A stretch of 62,695 bases of DNA, counting the filler. It is 7 parts of 7 records of this genome, joined end to end, with 100 filler letters (N's around TTAATTAATTAA, not from the genome) between each part and the next. Parts side by side here need not be neighbours in the genome. Positions count along the whole stretch, not along the records: positions 49,277 to 56,912 come from SRR31156797_25251; positions 57,013 to 62,695 come from SRR31156797_25272; 5 more parts are not named here. One strand, given 5' to 3'. Each line of letters begins with the position of its first letter. Position 1 is the first letter of the stretch. This document shows, piece after piece, positions 53,701-62,695 of the stretch. A model generated the notes under the pieces. It saw only the letters and a program-made list of their open reading frames with translations. It did not search any database and had not been told where the DNA came from. Position numbers and translations under genes: made by a program.

Positions 53701-54067
53701 TGAATGCAGGCTTGCCGGGAATGGGGAGACGAATATATCCAAAAGCATTGGTTCTGGTCTTGAGTGTCACCCCTTTGTCGGTGGTAGTGATGGATTCTAC
53801 CAGCTTGCCGGGAAAAGACTTGGCACTCGGTTTAGTTTCCTTATCCCACGTTCCCGAAGGCAAGGAGATAGTCAGCTCTTTTGCACCGCCACGCGTCACC
53901 GATGACTTAGGTAAGACACCTGAATCAAATGAAAAAGTAAGTTTATCTGAATCCCCAAGAGATTGAAAATTCACGCGCAAAGCTTGAGCTGGATTGACGA
54001 AAATCAATCCGGTGATAAGGGTCGCTGCAACGGACCAAAGTATTTTTTTGGCGCTTTTCACTGTCAC
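50759..54067 (-). CDS. Large exported TPR protein with a Pro/Gln-rich linker
   Basis: Signal peptide, AMIN-like N-terminal region, low-complexity linker, many TPR repeats (..YP...). Confidence 0.8.
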   Translation of the reverse strand: MTVKSAKKILWSVAATLITGLIFVNPAQALRVNFQSLGDSDKLTFSFDSGVLPKSSVTRGGAKELTISLPSGTWDKETKPSAKSFPGKLVESITTTDKGVTLKTRTNAFGYIRLPIPGKPAFMLQLFRDPIGARWKPAGVKPKVAVKPTPKPAPKSASKPKTVAKPKPVPATPKQAVTSPALASPVETPQAIPNANGEKKPFFAVPYSVRNEVAAPDAPVSQVSENSQGTLPTEATLPAEPVQPVQPVASPREVETGVYPPSNELRFKAVNQTAEQVKFAELAGGQAGRAPVVGEGQGAGATQSTQVGGAVVPPPSEVSGVGQVGSVVTPPSSAEMSGQGQTGGAVSSPPTPPQVVEVSGQGQAGGAVSPPPTVVEGAPPPAPTPEETAQVEQTLEASQAEAKKVEEAPAETIQAEQPVAEVEEEQAQPGVEGEQQPELTPEEQAKAHEEEIRNQLYEAQSLMFNGSLAAALPLYEDILKQPDVPDDVREETLYAVADIKKQLNSDNLSGKFDEIAQAFIEAMNANLRSNRVPRALLNLGLLNLQVGNFPEARAYFKILQEKYPDDDNIPSISYFWGEYFYKKGEYRKAADQFQYLIQTYPEHQLVKQAAYYLADSLNRTGFLDQAFQIVDYIDKRWPDYYMENMEFLRLAGSVEMELKKWQAAKNHYFTYYNLNPDADGADVVLARIGDIYIRLGLKKPAKQIYEKVVTNYPEEEGGLIAKMRLAEEGIYDDPAMHEMVDVFDRPYNLNPQRVYKDIVAKHPDSPLAPIAQLKLAMWYAFNKKYPEALTAAQDLIENYPDSPLVEKTKALGDSVFVLAVPGMIGEERYGRVVRYWETYDFIGKEGSKVDDKTKIAIATSYWKIGQPEKALELIEPYLQEKQVPGVSDDALGLAVNIHLDQLNWKKIADLVSMAKKNWKLKPAQQKQLEYARAMSLQNLGDAKEAMPMWAELAKDASVDPAFRAYAMYYMAKDAMQRQDLRRVFVYAQEALALLLQTNGDPEKIKDTVLMSIYATERSGRYDEALKWAKEYDRYIEVDNPEWASTRFKLARIYRKAGAMDEWKQLLGDIIEKKPETLQAQLAKSALETYELEQKAAEYQPVP

Positions 54068-54130
54068 GTCAGCCAGTTATGCAATTGTCATGCAACCCGG
54101 CCAGCCAACACTCGGCCAGGCACTCCAAAT

Positions 54131-55147
54131 TTACAGCAAATTCCGTTTTTTCAACTTCTCAATCAGCGTGGTCCGTTTGATGCCAACGAGTTCCGCAGCT
54201 TTGTTCTTCACTCCATCCGCCAGTTCCAAGGCCTCGGCCAGCAAACGACCTTCAATGGCCTCCAAAAATTCCTTAAGCTTGAGGTCTTTATCCTTCATGT
54301 CCTTAAGCATCGGCCACGCAAAGCCAACAGGTGCGACTGGTTGAAGAACTTCAACCTTTCGCAAAGGTCGCTCACCTATATCCTCAAAGATCTTGGCAGG
54401 GAGATCTTCAGGCAAAATCTCAATTCCATCACACAGGATGGAAAGACGTTCCATGAAATTTTCCAACTCACGAACATTCCCGGGCCAAGAGTATGTCAGA
54501 AGCATCTCCTGAGCTTTCTCGGAAAGTTTGAGTTTCTTTCGTGCTTTGCTTGTACAATGGCCACAGAGGAAATGCTCTGCCAACAGCAATATATCATTCC
54601 CACGCTTCCTCAACGCCGGCAAACGCAAAGGAATGACATTCAAACGGTAGAACAGGTCCTCACGAAACCGGCCTGCCGCCACTTCGCCCTCAAGATCACG
54701 ATTCGTGGCAGCGACAACGCGAACGTCAACTTTTTTGATACTGGTGCCGCCCACACGTTCGATTTCTTTCTCCTGAAGCGCACGAAGAATCTTGACTTGA
54801 AGCGACAAGTCCATCTCGCCAATCTCATCAAGAAAAATAGTACCGCCATCAGCCAACTCAAATCGACCGGGACGGGAACGAATTGCATGCGTAAACGCTC
54901 CCTTCTCATGCCCGAACAGTTCTGATTCGAGCAATTCTTTGGGAATAGCTCCGCAATTGATAGGAACAAACGGCTTGTTATGGCGTTCGCTATTTTGATG
55001 CAGTGCCCGGACAAGAAGTTCCTTGCCGGTACCGGATTCGCCGGTGACCAACACCGTACTATCTGTGGGAGCAACCTTTCCCAGCACCTTGAACACTTCG
55101 GCTAGGGCGGGACTGTTTCCGATTATACCGGCTAGGTTGAGTGCCAT
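54131..55147 (-). CDS. Sigma-54-dependent activator without a sensory domain (FlrA/FleQ-like)
   Basis: [51 protein letters not shown]. Confidence 0.88.
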   Translation of the reverse strand: MALNLAGIIGNSPALAEVFKVLGKVAPTDSTVLVTGESGTGKELLVRALHQNSERHNKPFVPINCGAIPKELLESELFGHEKGAFTHAIRSRPGRFELADGGTIFLDEIGEMDLSLQVKILRALQEKEIERVGGTSIKKVDVRVVAATNRDLEGEVAAGRFREDLFYRLNVIPLRLPALRKRGNDILLLAEHFLCGHCTSKARKKLKLSEKAQEMLLTYSWPGNVRELENFMERLSILCDGIEILPEDLPAKIFEDIGERPLRKVEVLQPVAPVGFAWPMLKDMKDKDLKLKEFLEAIEGRLLAEALELADGVKNKAAELVGIKRTTLIEKLKKRNLL

Positions 55148-55226
55148 CTCTCCTCCAACTACACATGACTATGCATCAAACGGGTCATGGGGCACCCGCA
55201 GCTATTTCTTTAATATACATCTTCCC

Positions 55227-55261
55227 TGTCAACAAAATGACAGTATGTCAATATATTCAAT
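55227..55261. promoter_or_regulatory. Palindromic box pair upstream of the activator gene
   Basis: TGTCA-ACAAAA-TGACA followed by a degenerate copy TGTCAATATATTCAAT. Confidence 0.5.
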
Positions 55262-55311
55262 CATATTTACCGGAAAATATTCGAAAAAACACAATATTCA
55301 ACGATTCGCCC

Positions 55312-55341
55312 AAAAAAAAGGCCCGACACGAATGCCGGGCC
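55312..55341 (-). terminator. Rho-independent terminator
   Basis: GGCCCGGCA...TGTCGGGCC-TTTTTTTT on the minus strand after the oxidoreductase. Confidence 0.75.
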
Positions 55342-55362
55342 ATAAATTCAAACAGAATCATT

Positions 55363-56757
55363 TTAGCTACGCTTGATGATCTCCTTGGCAGGAATAAGCG
55401 CAGTTGCAGAGGCACCAACGATATTCCCCGCCACACCGGGGCCGTCCCCAGCCACAAACAAACCTTCAACACTCGTCTCCAAATGCTCTCGGGTATCCAC
55501 TTGTGTGGCAAAGAACTTGATTTCAGGCGCATACAGCAATGTCTCATCGTTGGACACACCGGGCACCACATTATTGAGCTGTTCCAGACCGTCCATAAGG
55601 TTGGTCAGAATACGCTCGGGCAGAGCCATGGCAATATCACCCGGCACTACGTTTTTCATGGTCGGTTCGATGTAACCGTTACCGATACGGTCCCATGTGG
55701 AACGACGTCCGCGACGCAAATCACCAAACCGTTGCAGGATGGGCTTGCCACCACCAATCAAGGTCGCCAGTCGTCCGATGGATTCACCATAGGCCTGATT
55801 GTCCTCGACAGGATCATTCAGCACGACCTTGGACAAAAAGGCGAAATTGGTATTCTCGGACTTGGTATTCATGAGTGCATGACCGTTGACGCAGACAAAG
55901 TCCTGATAATTTTCCAGAGCCACGAATCCGCCGTAATTGGTGCAGAACGTGCGGGTCTGGTCATCGTATTTATTGGTACGCACAAAAAAAGTCGGATCAT
56001 AAATCACGGAACATAAGTCCTGCATGATCTCGTTATGGACCTCGACGCGCACGCCCACTTCGATTCCACGCTGGGATACTTCGATACCATGATTTTGCAC
56101 GACATGGCCGACCCATTCCGCCCCGACACGGCCCGGAGCCAGAATAACATTCTTGGCCTTATACTCGCCACGGTTGGTGATCACGCCAGTGACGCGCCCC
56201 TTTTCCACAGTGACATCCTTGACGTTTTCGGATGTATGGAATGTGACACCCTTGTCCTGAATATAGTCAGCCATCCCTGCAATATGCCCGGGCAGATTAT
56301 CGCTGCCCAGATGCTTCTGCTTAATAACCAACAGGTCGATGCCATGTTTACGGGCGTCCTTACGGATTTCCTTGGCCATATCCATGTCAGTAGGGAAAAC
56401 CTGCCCGTCCATGCCGAATCGATTGAAGATTTCTTCAGTCTCTTCGATCAGGGCGTGGGCTTCGGTAACACCGACAAACTGTGTCAGGTCCGTCTTGCCG
56501 AGCTTGTGAATAAAATTCAATTTACCATCTGAGAACAAACCAGCTCCGCCTACGCCACACAGGATGTTGCACGGACGGCACTTGATGCATTCCTGATCAC
56601 CGGACAAAGGACAATCCCTTTTCAGGGAAAGTTTGCCCTTATCGATAAGCAACACATCCAGATCAGAATGTTCAGCCAGATAATACGCAGCGAACAACCC
56701 AGCAGGGCCTCCACCAACGATGATAACGTCAAATTCAGTCTTCTTTGTCTTGGTCAT
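55363..56757 (-). CDS. NAD(P)/FAD-dependent oxidoreductase with a Cys cluster
   Basis: GGGPAG, CP..CIKCRPCNILCGVGGAGLFSDGK, GVRVE, AGDG. Start set at ATG 56757. Confidence 0.85.
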   Translation of the reverse strand: MTKTKKTEFDVIIVGGGPAGLFAAYYLAEHSDLDVLLIDKGKLSLKRDCPLSGDQECIKCRPCNILCGVGGAGLFSDGKLNFIHKLGKTDLTQFVGVTEAHALIEETEEIFNRFGMDGQVFPTDMDMAKEIRKDARKHGIDLLVIKQKHLGSDNLPGHIAGMADYIQDKGVTFHTSENVKDVTVEKGRVTGVITNRGEYKAKNVILAPGRVGAEWVGHVVQNHGIEVSQRGIEVGVRVEVHNEIMQDLCSVIYDPTFFVRTNKYDDQTRTFCTNYGGFVALENYQDFVCVNGHALMNTKSENTNFAFLSKVVLNDPVEDNQAYGESIGRLATLIGGGKPILQRFGDLRRGRRSTWDRIGNGYIEPTMKNVVPGDIAMALPERILTNLMDGLEQLNNVVPGVSNDETLLYAPEIKFFATQVDTREHLETSVEGLFVAGDGPGVAGNIVGASATALIPAKEIIKRS

Positions 56758-56912
56758 AATACCCTCTCTGTATCTCGCAAGTATGGCCCGCTTTGGGCTA
56801 CTCCGCAAAATGGAGCGCGCGCAAACGGGCCATGATCGACCGTATGACAGGATTTAGGAAGGTGTCAACCCCTTGGAGGAATGCCTCCGGCGGCCCTACC
56901 GGGGGTCGCTTT

Positions 56913-57012
56913 NNNNNNNNNNNNNNNNNNNNNNNNNNNNNNNNNNNNNNNNNNNNTTAATTAATTAANNNNNNNNNNNNNNNNNNNNNNNNNNNNNNNN
57001 NNNNNNNNNNNN
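56913..57012. other. Artificial contig spacer
   Basis: Same linker. Confidence 0.98.
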
Positions 57013-57038
57013 GGGTTCAAATCCCGTTTCCCGCTCCA
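57013..57038 (+). tRNA. 3' end of a tRNA, probably Gly (cut by contig edge)
   Basis: GGGTTCAAATCCCGTTTCCCGCTCCA. Confidence 0.75.
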
Positions 57039-57136
57039 CTTCAAAGCACCTTCTCCAAACATAAAAAAACTCAAAAAGGCTTGAGATTCCTCTCAAACCC
57101 TTTTTTTACGCTTTTTAATTCATTCTTCCCGCACAA

Positions 57137-57466
57137 TCATAGTTGATCATATTTGTCTGCACGTCCCCTGGCTTTCTCCACAGGATATTTTTTATCATTG
57201 GCGGCAATCTTATCCGATATTATGGCCTTGGGATCGAATCCATAATGTTCGCACAGCAAAAGGGCATAGATCATTACATCCGCCAATTCTTCAGCAACTT
57301 TTTCCTGATCAACGGATGCAAGGTCGGTCTCTTTCTTCCACAGAAACAATTCGTTCAGCTCGCTTGCTTCAATTCCCAGGGCCAGGGCCAGGTTTTTCGG
57401 ATCATGGAATTGTTTCCAGTCCCGGGCATCCCTAAAGGCGATGAGTTTGGAAATAAGCGCCTTCAT
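57137..57466 (-). CDS. MazG-like nucleotide pyrophosphohydrolase
   Basis: RDWKQFH.PKNLA..L..EA.EL.E.F.W, EELADV..Y, N..KYP. Confidence 0.9.
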   Translation of the reverse strand: MKALISKLIAFRDARDWKQFHDPKNLALALGIEASELNELFLWKKETDLASVDQEKVAEELADVMIYALLLCEHYGFDPKAIISDKIAANDKKYPVEKARGRADKYDQL

Positions 57467-57814
57467 GGTTCAACCGGAGTAAAGGAAAAAGCTGATATCA
57501 AATAATTCAAAATAACAAAAGAACACATTCTGCAAAATCTCCTTAATTTCACTCGTAAAATTACTATACAACAGGTCCCGCCCCTTGTAGACAGGAAGTT
57601 ACTTTATGTCAAGGGTATTAATCAAACACATCGTTCCGAACGTCAAACGTCAGGTGTTATATTTGGGGGTGAAGAGCCGTCATTGACCGGGGCTGATTTG
57701 TATGAGAATATGTAAAACGATAATTTGGAACACGGCTGAATGCTATCGGTTTGTTTTGGCGGATCGATTTAAACTCAGCCCGGATAATTGAATCACAACA
57801 GGAGATAATCCCAT

Positions 57815-58192
57815 ATGGCATCCAATAGAAACAAAAACAACACAAGCAGGGTTGCGGAAATGATGCGCAGCCAGCGAGATCGTGAAAATACGTACCGGGA
57901 GCGCGCCCTCAAGCTTTATCCCTGGATCTGTGGGCACTGTGGCCGCGAGTTCACCAGTAAGAATCTGCGTGAGTTGACCGTGCACCACAAAGATCACAAC
58001 CATGATAACAATCCCCCGGACGGCAGCAACTGGGAGCTGTTGTGCATCTATTGCCACGACAATGAACACTCCCGGGACCAGGTCGCCGATGCCTATGATA
58101 CAACCTCCCCAGCCGGCAGGTCTTCGGATTCGGATAATGATTTTACCGATAATCCGTTTGCCGGACTGGAGGATCTAATGAAAGATAAATAA
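57815..58192 (+). CDS. yajD: YajD family HNH nuclease
   Basis: YRERALKLYPWICGHC, LTVHHKDHNHDNNP.DGSNWELLC.YCHD.EH. Confidence 0.9.
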   Translation: MASNRNKNNTSRVAEMMRSQRDRENTYRERALKLYPWICGHCGREFTSKNLRELTVHHKDHNHDNNPPDGSNWELLCIYCHDNEHSRDQVADAYDTTSPAGRSSDSDNDFTDNPFAGLEDLMKDK

Positions 58193-58853
58193 CCAGACAG
58201 TTGGAGCCGCAGGTGGGATGCAACTAAGCCCATTTCATTAAACTTTGCATTCCACCACAGGCGCTTTCTCCGGCATTATCATCTGCGGCTCACAATGGGA
58301 TGTTTTTTGCCCAACTCTTTCAGTGCTCCGGATTTTGGAAATAGTTAAGTCTCTGTAAAAAAAGATTAGAATTTTGGCGTCTTAAAAAAAATGAATCCTT
58401 AATCCTTTAAAGGTTCAATTAAGTGAAGGATAGTTATCTCTCAAGCGTGCCATGGTTATTGATCATAATCCTTCTTTCCACGAATACCAGTGTATTGATT
58501 TTTATTTATGGGCGGCTGTGGGGTTGTCTTCCCGGCGGGACAGTGATTTATATATTAATAGAGCTTTACAACCAATCCCATTATTGATAATGCCCATCTC
58601 AAGGAATTTTTACCCTTAAGTCGTTTTAAATGGGGTTGTTCCTGTTGAAATGGAAATTTATAGTTGCGAGACTGATGATGCTGCCACCTGGGTTGAAGTG
58701 AATCTTGAGATTTCGAAAGGCTTTTGCGTCAGGTGGATAAGAACCTTCGTGGATTCAGCTATGATTTTTTAAATCAGGGCTATTTACGATAATTTAAATG
58801 AAGGCGAGGAATGAAAACGTTGCTACCCGAACAAGGATTGAGGACTTTTAGCT

Positions 58854-59202
58854 ATGGATGTTTTTAAATACCGTGACACTATCGTTAGCAACTACCGATC
58901 CTTTTCTACTAGTTTTACAAAGATTAAAGCCGAAGACATCAATGCGTATATCAACGATGCCTATGACTCTGGTGTCTATTGGCCTGATCCTTTGATTCAG
59001 CTTAACCCTTCATTTGTGGCAGGTCAGACCGTCGAGCAGCTCGTGGCAAGCAAAGAATTAAATCCTATATGTAAGGAAATTTTCAGATTTGGCAGGGAAG
59101 GTGGAAATCCCGGGATTACAGCCCAACTGCATAAGCATCAAGAGGAGGCACTCGATATAGCTCAAAATGGTGAGAGTTATGTGCTCACCACCGGAACCGG
59201 CT
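58854..59202 (+). pseudogene. N-terminal remnant of a large DEAD/DEAH helicase
   Basis: WPDPLIQLNPSF, Q-motif LHKHQEEA; breaks inside Walker A (VLTTGTG, no SGKS). Confidence 0.8.
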
Positions 59203-59623
59203 TTTTGAGGCATATGTCGCAAAAAAAATGAAACCTATCGCCTTGACGGCAGGGATGCAGATGAGGGAACAGGGGCCTATAAGATATATGGCCCGACGTG
59301 TTGATAAAGGCGGGCAACTTTTTTTAATGAAGCCTGATATGGTTTTTCTCGGGCCGGATAATCGACCTTTTGCAATTGCCGATGCCAAATGGAAATTGCT
59401 TGATGAAAAGGAAAAAAAGCTTGGCATATCCCAGGGCGATCTATACCAGATTAATGCCTATGCTACCCGTTACAAGGTCGACAAACTTGCATTGATCTAT
59501 CCGTACCAACGACAATTGATAAAGTCTGTAAAACTTTACTTAAAAGCTACAAACACAACGGTCATTGTTATTCCCCTCGATGTAACCTCTACAGCTTTGC
59601 CTATATCATTTTTGGATTATTGA
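59194..59623 (+). pseudogene. C-terminal remnant of an McrC-family nuclease
   Basis: Frame NRLFEAYVAKKM...KPD...IADAKWK...DLYQ..AY...LIYP; N-terminal part missing. Confidence 0.8.
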
Positions 59624-59882
59624 ATCAAGAATACCGATGTATATTTCATGGCGGGACAAATTGTTTCAGAGGCCCGCTATCATACTTTCTGTGGAAAAAA
59701 CAAAAAAAAGATTGCAAGCCTATCATTTTTTTTGTTAAAGCATGTAAATGCTTGTTACTGCTGCAATGAGCTGTTGTCGTGGAGCCCCATGATAGATGCT
59801 TATGGTTCAACGCTCTTTCCCTTTTTTTAAAATTGCAAGAATCCAATTGGATTTAATCAAACTAAAAATAAAGGAGCGTAAC

Positions 59883-60662
59883 ATGTCAAATTCTATTTTC
59901 ATTCAAAACCAGATCAGACAAAACTCGCAAGTTATTGATATTTTGCCTATTTCCGATTTAATTAAAGCTTGGGAGCAGACCACCGGTGAAAAAATCGGGC
60001 AGGTAGTTGGAAAAACAGCCCGTTTGGCCGCTGATCATACCGCGACAGTACTTGATATCCATGTAGTAATAAAACTAATAAAAGATTTTGGCATTGACGG
60101 CAGGGTTCTTTTGAAAACAACGAATGGAAAACAATATGTTATTTTTAAAGGATATGCGGGAACCCGTTCTATATTCACGGCTACGCGCTACCTCGCAAAT
60201 AATCCCAAGGTCGTCGATATGGCTATTGGGAAAGTGGGGGTTAATCGTTCAATTATGTCCGGTGCTCGATTGACTATTTTTCTGATCGTTCCGATAAATG
60301 TATTGAACCATATTCTCAGTGATCAGCAAACAATGACCCAGTTAATAGGCCGTACCGCAACCGACCTAGTTAAAGTTGGCGCTGCATCGGCTATTGCCTC
60401 TTTAGCTGCAACAGCTACAGCAACACTCACAACATTGGCCGCAGGTCCAATCGTTGTTGCTATTGTGATCGGCTTTGCAACAGCATTCGCGCTTGAAGAA
60501 CTGGATCGGCAATTTGGCATCACCAATGCACTCATTAAAGCTCTTGATGATGCTTATGATAATTCGTTCGGTGAATTTGGACGAAAACTATATCAGATTC
60601 AACGACGACTGAAGTGGCAAATTATGAATGGCCAATTAGTCGGTAAAGGAATTCTTTATTAA
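59883..60662 (+). CDS. Putative membrane-disrupting toxin, Tme-like
   Basis: SD AAGGAG; KQYVIFKGYAG.R....TRY...NPKV..M.IG and an Ala-rich hydrophobic C-terminal hairpin; family assigned from recalled motifs. Confidence 0.6.
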   Translation: MSNSIFIQNQIRQNSQVIDILPISDLIKAWEQTTGEKIGQVVGKTARLAADHTATVLDIHVVIKLIKDFGIDGRVLLKTTNGKQYVIFKGYAGTRSIFTATRYLANNPKVVDMAIGKVGVNRSIMSGARLTIFLIVPINVLNHILSDQQTMTQLIGRTATDLVKVGAASAIASLAATATATLTTLAAGPIVVAIVIGFATAFALEELDRQFGITNALIKALDDAYDNSFGEFGRKLYQIQRRLKWQIMNGQLVGKGILY

Positions 60663-60665
60663 TTG

Positions 60666-61070
60666 ATGAATAAAACTACTGCACATATAATACTCGGTTT
60701 TTTTGATGCCTCAGCACTGTTTGCCTGTTATTATGTTTTTACTCAATGGAACAATATCGATCAGCAAATAAACCTCAGCGCTGAAACTATAACTTTTCAA
60801 AATGTTATTGGTTATTATATTGCGATGATTGTTGTACCTGTAACTCATATGTTATCTCTAATTCAATGGCAAGGTACTGCCCAAAGGTGGGCCAACCGTT
60901 TTTTGATTTTCTTTTTTTTGCTGATGATAGTTGTCGGTTCTACCTTATCTTTATCTTTTGAAAATAAACTCTTAAACGCCGGATATCGTTACTGTGCCAG
61001 TCAAAGTGAACGGATGACCTTTTCAGAATTTAAAACTTATCTCAGGGAGGATATGAAATGTTCAGATTAA
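60666..61070 (+). CDS. Putative immunity protein, DUF1240-like
   Basis: Three TM helices, then L..AGY.YC...Y......C with paired C-terminal Cys; starts 3 nt after the toxin stop. Confidence 0.6.
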   Translation: MNKTTAHIILGFFDASALFACYYVFTQWNNIDQQINLSAETITFQNVIGYYIAMIVVPVTHMLSLIQWQGTAQRWANRFLIFFFLLMIVVGSTLSLSFENKLLNAGYRYCASQSERMTFSEFKTYLREDMKCSD

Positions 61071-61516
61071 GCTGCCTGATTTGTATCTTTTTAATATTTA
61101 TTTCTCCTGGTTTATATGCTGATGAGAAAGGCAAAACGATTATTCCTTTGAAGCTGCAATGCAATATAGCGTTCATGGATTTTGATGGTATTGACCATGC
61201 TGTTAAATCCGTTGAGGTCATCCTGACAGAATATAAGCATAAACCCGGAGGCATGATACTGGTCAGCCAAACGGATAATTATGAATTCTGGGTCATGACC
61301 CATGGCGTGCAAACGATTAATGGGCATCGATTTATCAATAACTTTCAGGTTGCGATCAAGGACAAGGCAAGCAAGCTGTTCATGCATGCTTTAAGCGACA
61401 TCAGCCATACTCCGGAACGTCCGCCAAAACATGCCAGAATCAGCCTGGTGGACTATTACCCGGATTCATCCCTCGAAAAAGGTGAGTTGTTATTTGAGTG
61501 CAGTCATATTGAGTGA
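61058..61516 (+). CDS. Exported hypothetical protein
   Basis: Signal peptide ending LYA; SD GGAGG; overlaps the previous stop; one Cys near each end of the mature chain. Confidence 0.65.
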   Translation: MFRLSCLICIFLIFISPGLYADEKGKTIIPLKLQCNIAFMDFDGIDHAVKSVEVILTEYKHKPGGMILVSQTDNYEFWVMTHGVQTINGHRFINNFQVAIKDKASKLFMHALSDISHTPERPPKHARISLVDYYPDSSLEKGELLFECSHIE

Positions 61517-61631
61517 ATCTTATCCTTGAGCAGTCCTTTCCCAAGTGTTAATATCCATTGATACTCGACAGGCAATCCACAGGCGCTCCTACTCCCGGTA
61601 AACCAATGAACTAAGCACCTTCGAGGGGAAG

Positions 61632-62695
61632 ATGAAATTTTTAGATTTTCTTGACAGCAGAAAGAAGATGCTGATCAGCGAAAAGGTGGCGGAGACGCCC
61701 TGCGGAACCTTGGGAAAGGTATGCCTGGGTGCTAATTCCCTGGTGGGCATGCTGACCCTTTTGTGGCTTGGATTGCGGTTCAGGAAATTTGTCCTTGCGG
61801 CAAGGCCCTTGACCCTTCATCTGGAAAAGCAGATATTCCCCGAGCTTGTGGCCAAACGGCAACGGTGGCTCAGGTTGATCCTGGAATCGGATCCGGACAG
61901 GGGGTATATCGTGTCCGGGAAGGGAGGGGGCAGGTCCTATCTGTTTCCCGGGACCAATGATCTGGCCGTTCTTCTGAAAGAGGCGGGGATCAGGGAAATC
62001 CGGCTCAATACCAGCCTGGAGTACAACCAGATCCTTAACGCCCTGTTGCTGTATCTCCATGTTTCTAAATTTCTGTTTGCGGGGGAGGCCTATCCCTGCC
62101 GGTGTGATTCCTGTAGAAGAAAGAGCATGGCCGGGTGCATGCTTTCCGAAGGGGGGCTTCACAGGTTCTGCTGCGATATCCGGTTTTTTCCGGAATCCGG
62201 CATTCTGGAGCTGGACTATACCTATTGTGAGCTGATCCTTTCCCGGATGGTCAAAAGTTTTGTAGAGGACTGGAGCCGGTTTGGGGACCATCGGGTGTTT
62301 TTTGCTAATGCGCCGGTGGTTGCGGGGGGCGCTTTTCTGGTGTTGCTGGTTCCCTTTTTATTCGGGGCCGGGGGCATGAATCTGATCACCTTTTTCTGGC
62401 TGTGGCTGATGGTGGTGGTGCCGGGGGGGCTGTGGTTTGTCATGTACCTTCTGGGATCGTTTTTTTATGAAAAAGAGCATGATGAGCTTCTGAAGTCGGA
62501 ATATATGCGCCAGGAACAGATCCTTGCGCGGTTTCCGGAAACCAACCCCAACCCCTTGGTCAAGGTGGGGGAGGAGGGGGAGGTGCTGTATGCCAATCCC
62601 GCTGCCTTGAATTGGGTGGAATCCGTTGAGGGGGCCTTGGAACTGGAGGATATCCTGCCCAGGGGGTTCGGGGAGTATGTGGGGCGGGGGGCCCA
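61632..62695 (+). CDS. Membrane sensor protein with a PAS-like domain (runs off the window)
   Basis: Frame open from ATG 61632 (SD GAGGGG) to the end; two TM helices, then LARFPETNPNPLVKV...GEVLYANPAA. Not in the ORF track. Confidence 0.75.
   Translation, partial: MKFLDFLDSRKKMLISEKVAETPCGTLGKVCLGANSLVGMLTLLWLGLRFRKFVLAARPLTLHLEKQIFPELVAKRQRWLRLILESDPDRGYIVSGKGGGRSYLFPGTNDLAVLLKEAGIREIRLNTSLEYNQILNALLLYLHVSKFLFAGEAYPCRCDSCRRKSMAGCMLSEGGLHRFCCDIRFFPESGILELDYTYCELILSRMVKSFVEDWSRFGDHRVFFANAPVVAGGAFLVLLVPFLFGAGGMNLITFFWLWLMVVVPGGLWFVMYLLGSFFYEKEHDELLKSEYMRQEQILARFPETNPNPLVKVGEEGEVLYANPAALNWVESVEGALELEDILPRGFGEYVGRGA

Noticed and set aside
61641-62291. 216-aa minus-strand ORF
   Set aside because: Shadow of the open plus-strand PAS sensor frame starting at 61632.

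Overview
This window is not one locus. It is seven unrelated contigs joined by 100-nt artificial spacers (N44-TTAATTAATTAA-N44), so gene neighbourhoods only hold within a contig. Taxon labels are inferred from gene content and composition. C1 (1-9109, Bacteroidota-like) is housekeeping: rny, 6S RNA, zapA, M23 peptidase, anmK, gmhA. C2 (9210-15636, GC-rich, Planctomycetota-like) has a prepilin-type H-X9-DG protein, an ECF sigma/anti-sigma pair, a beta-propeller tri-CxxCH cytochrome and a partial PhoD-like gene. C3 (15737-25193) starts and ends with the same 21 bp. Joining the ends rebuilds a ~902-bp transposase-less element with IS3-like inverted repeats carrying only higBA. Its two ends truncate two different genes and enclose a TpsA/TpsB adhesin pair and a tmRNA 3'-end att-like fragment. 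C4 (25294-31931, Planctomycetota-like) has a rhodanese-GLUG fusion, a paralogous stand-alone rhodanese and two sulfatases. C5 (32032-49176, Bacteroidota-like) has two tandem ABC systems (NEW3-type and GldA/F/G-like), a lipoprotein KatG, hydrolases, LytS/LytTR and tRNA-Leu. C6 (49277-56912, Desulfovibrionaceae-like) has a 70-aa double-UGA selenoprotein missing from the ORF track, amrB, a TPR protein and an FlrA/FleQ-like activator. C7 (57013-62695, Desulfobacterales-like) has a tRNA-Gly end, MazG-like, YajD, a helicase/McrC deletion scar with inferred microhomology and a probable Tme/DUF1240-like toxin-immunity pair. Family names come from motif recognition only; no database search was run.
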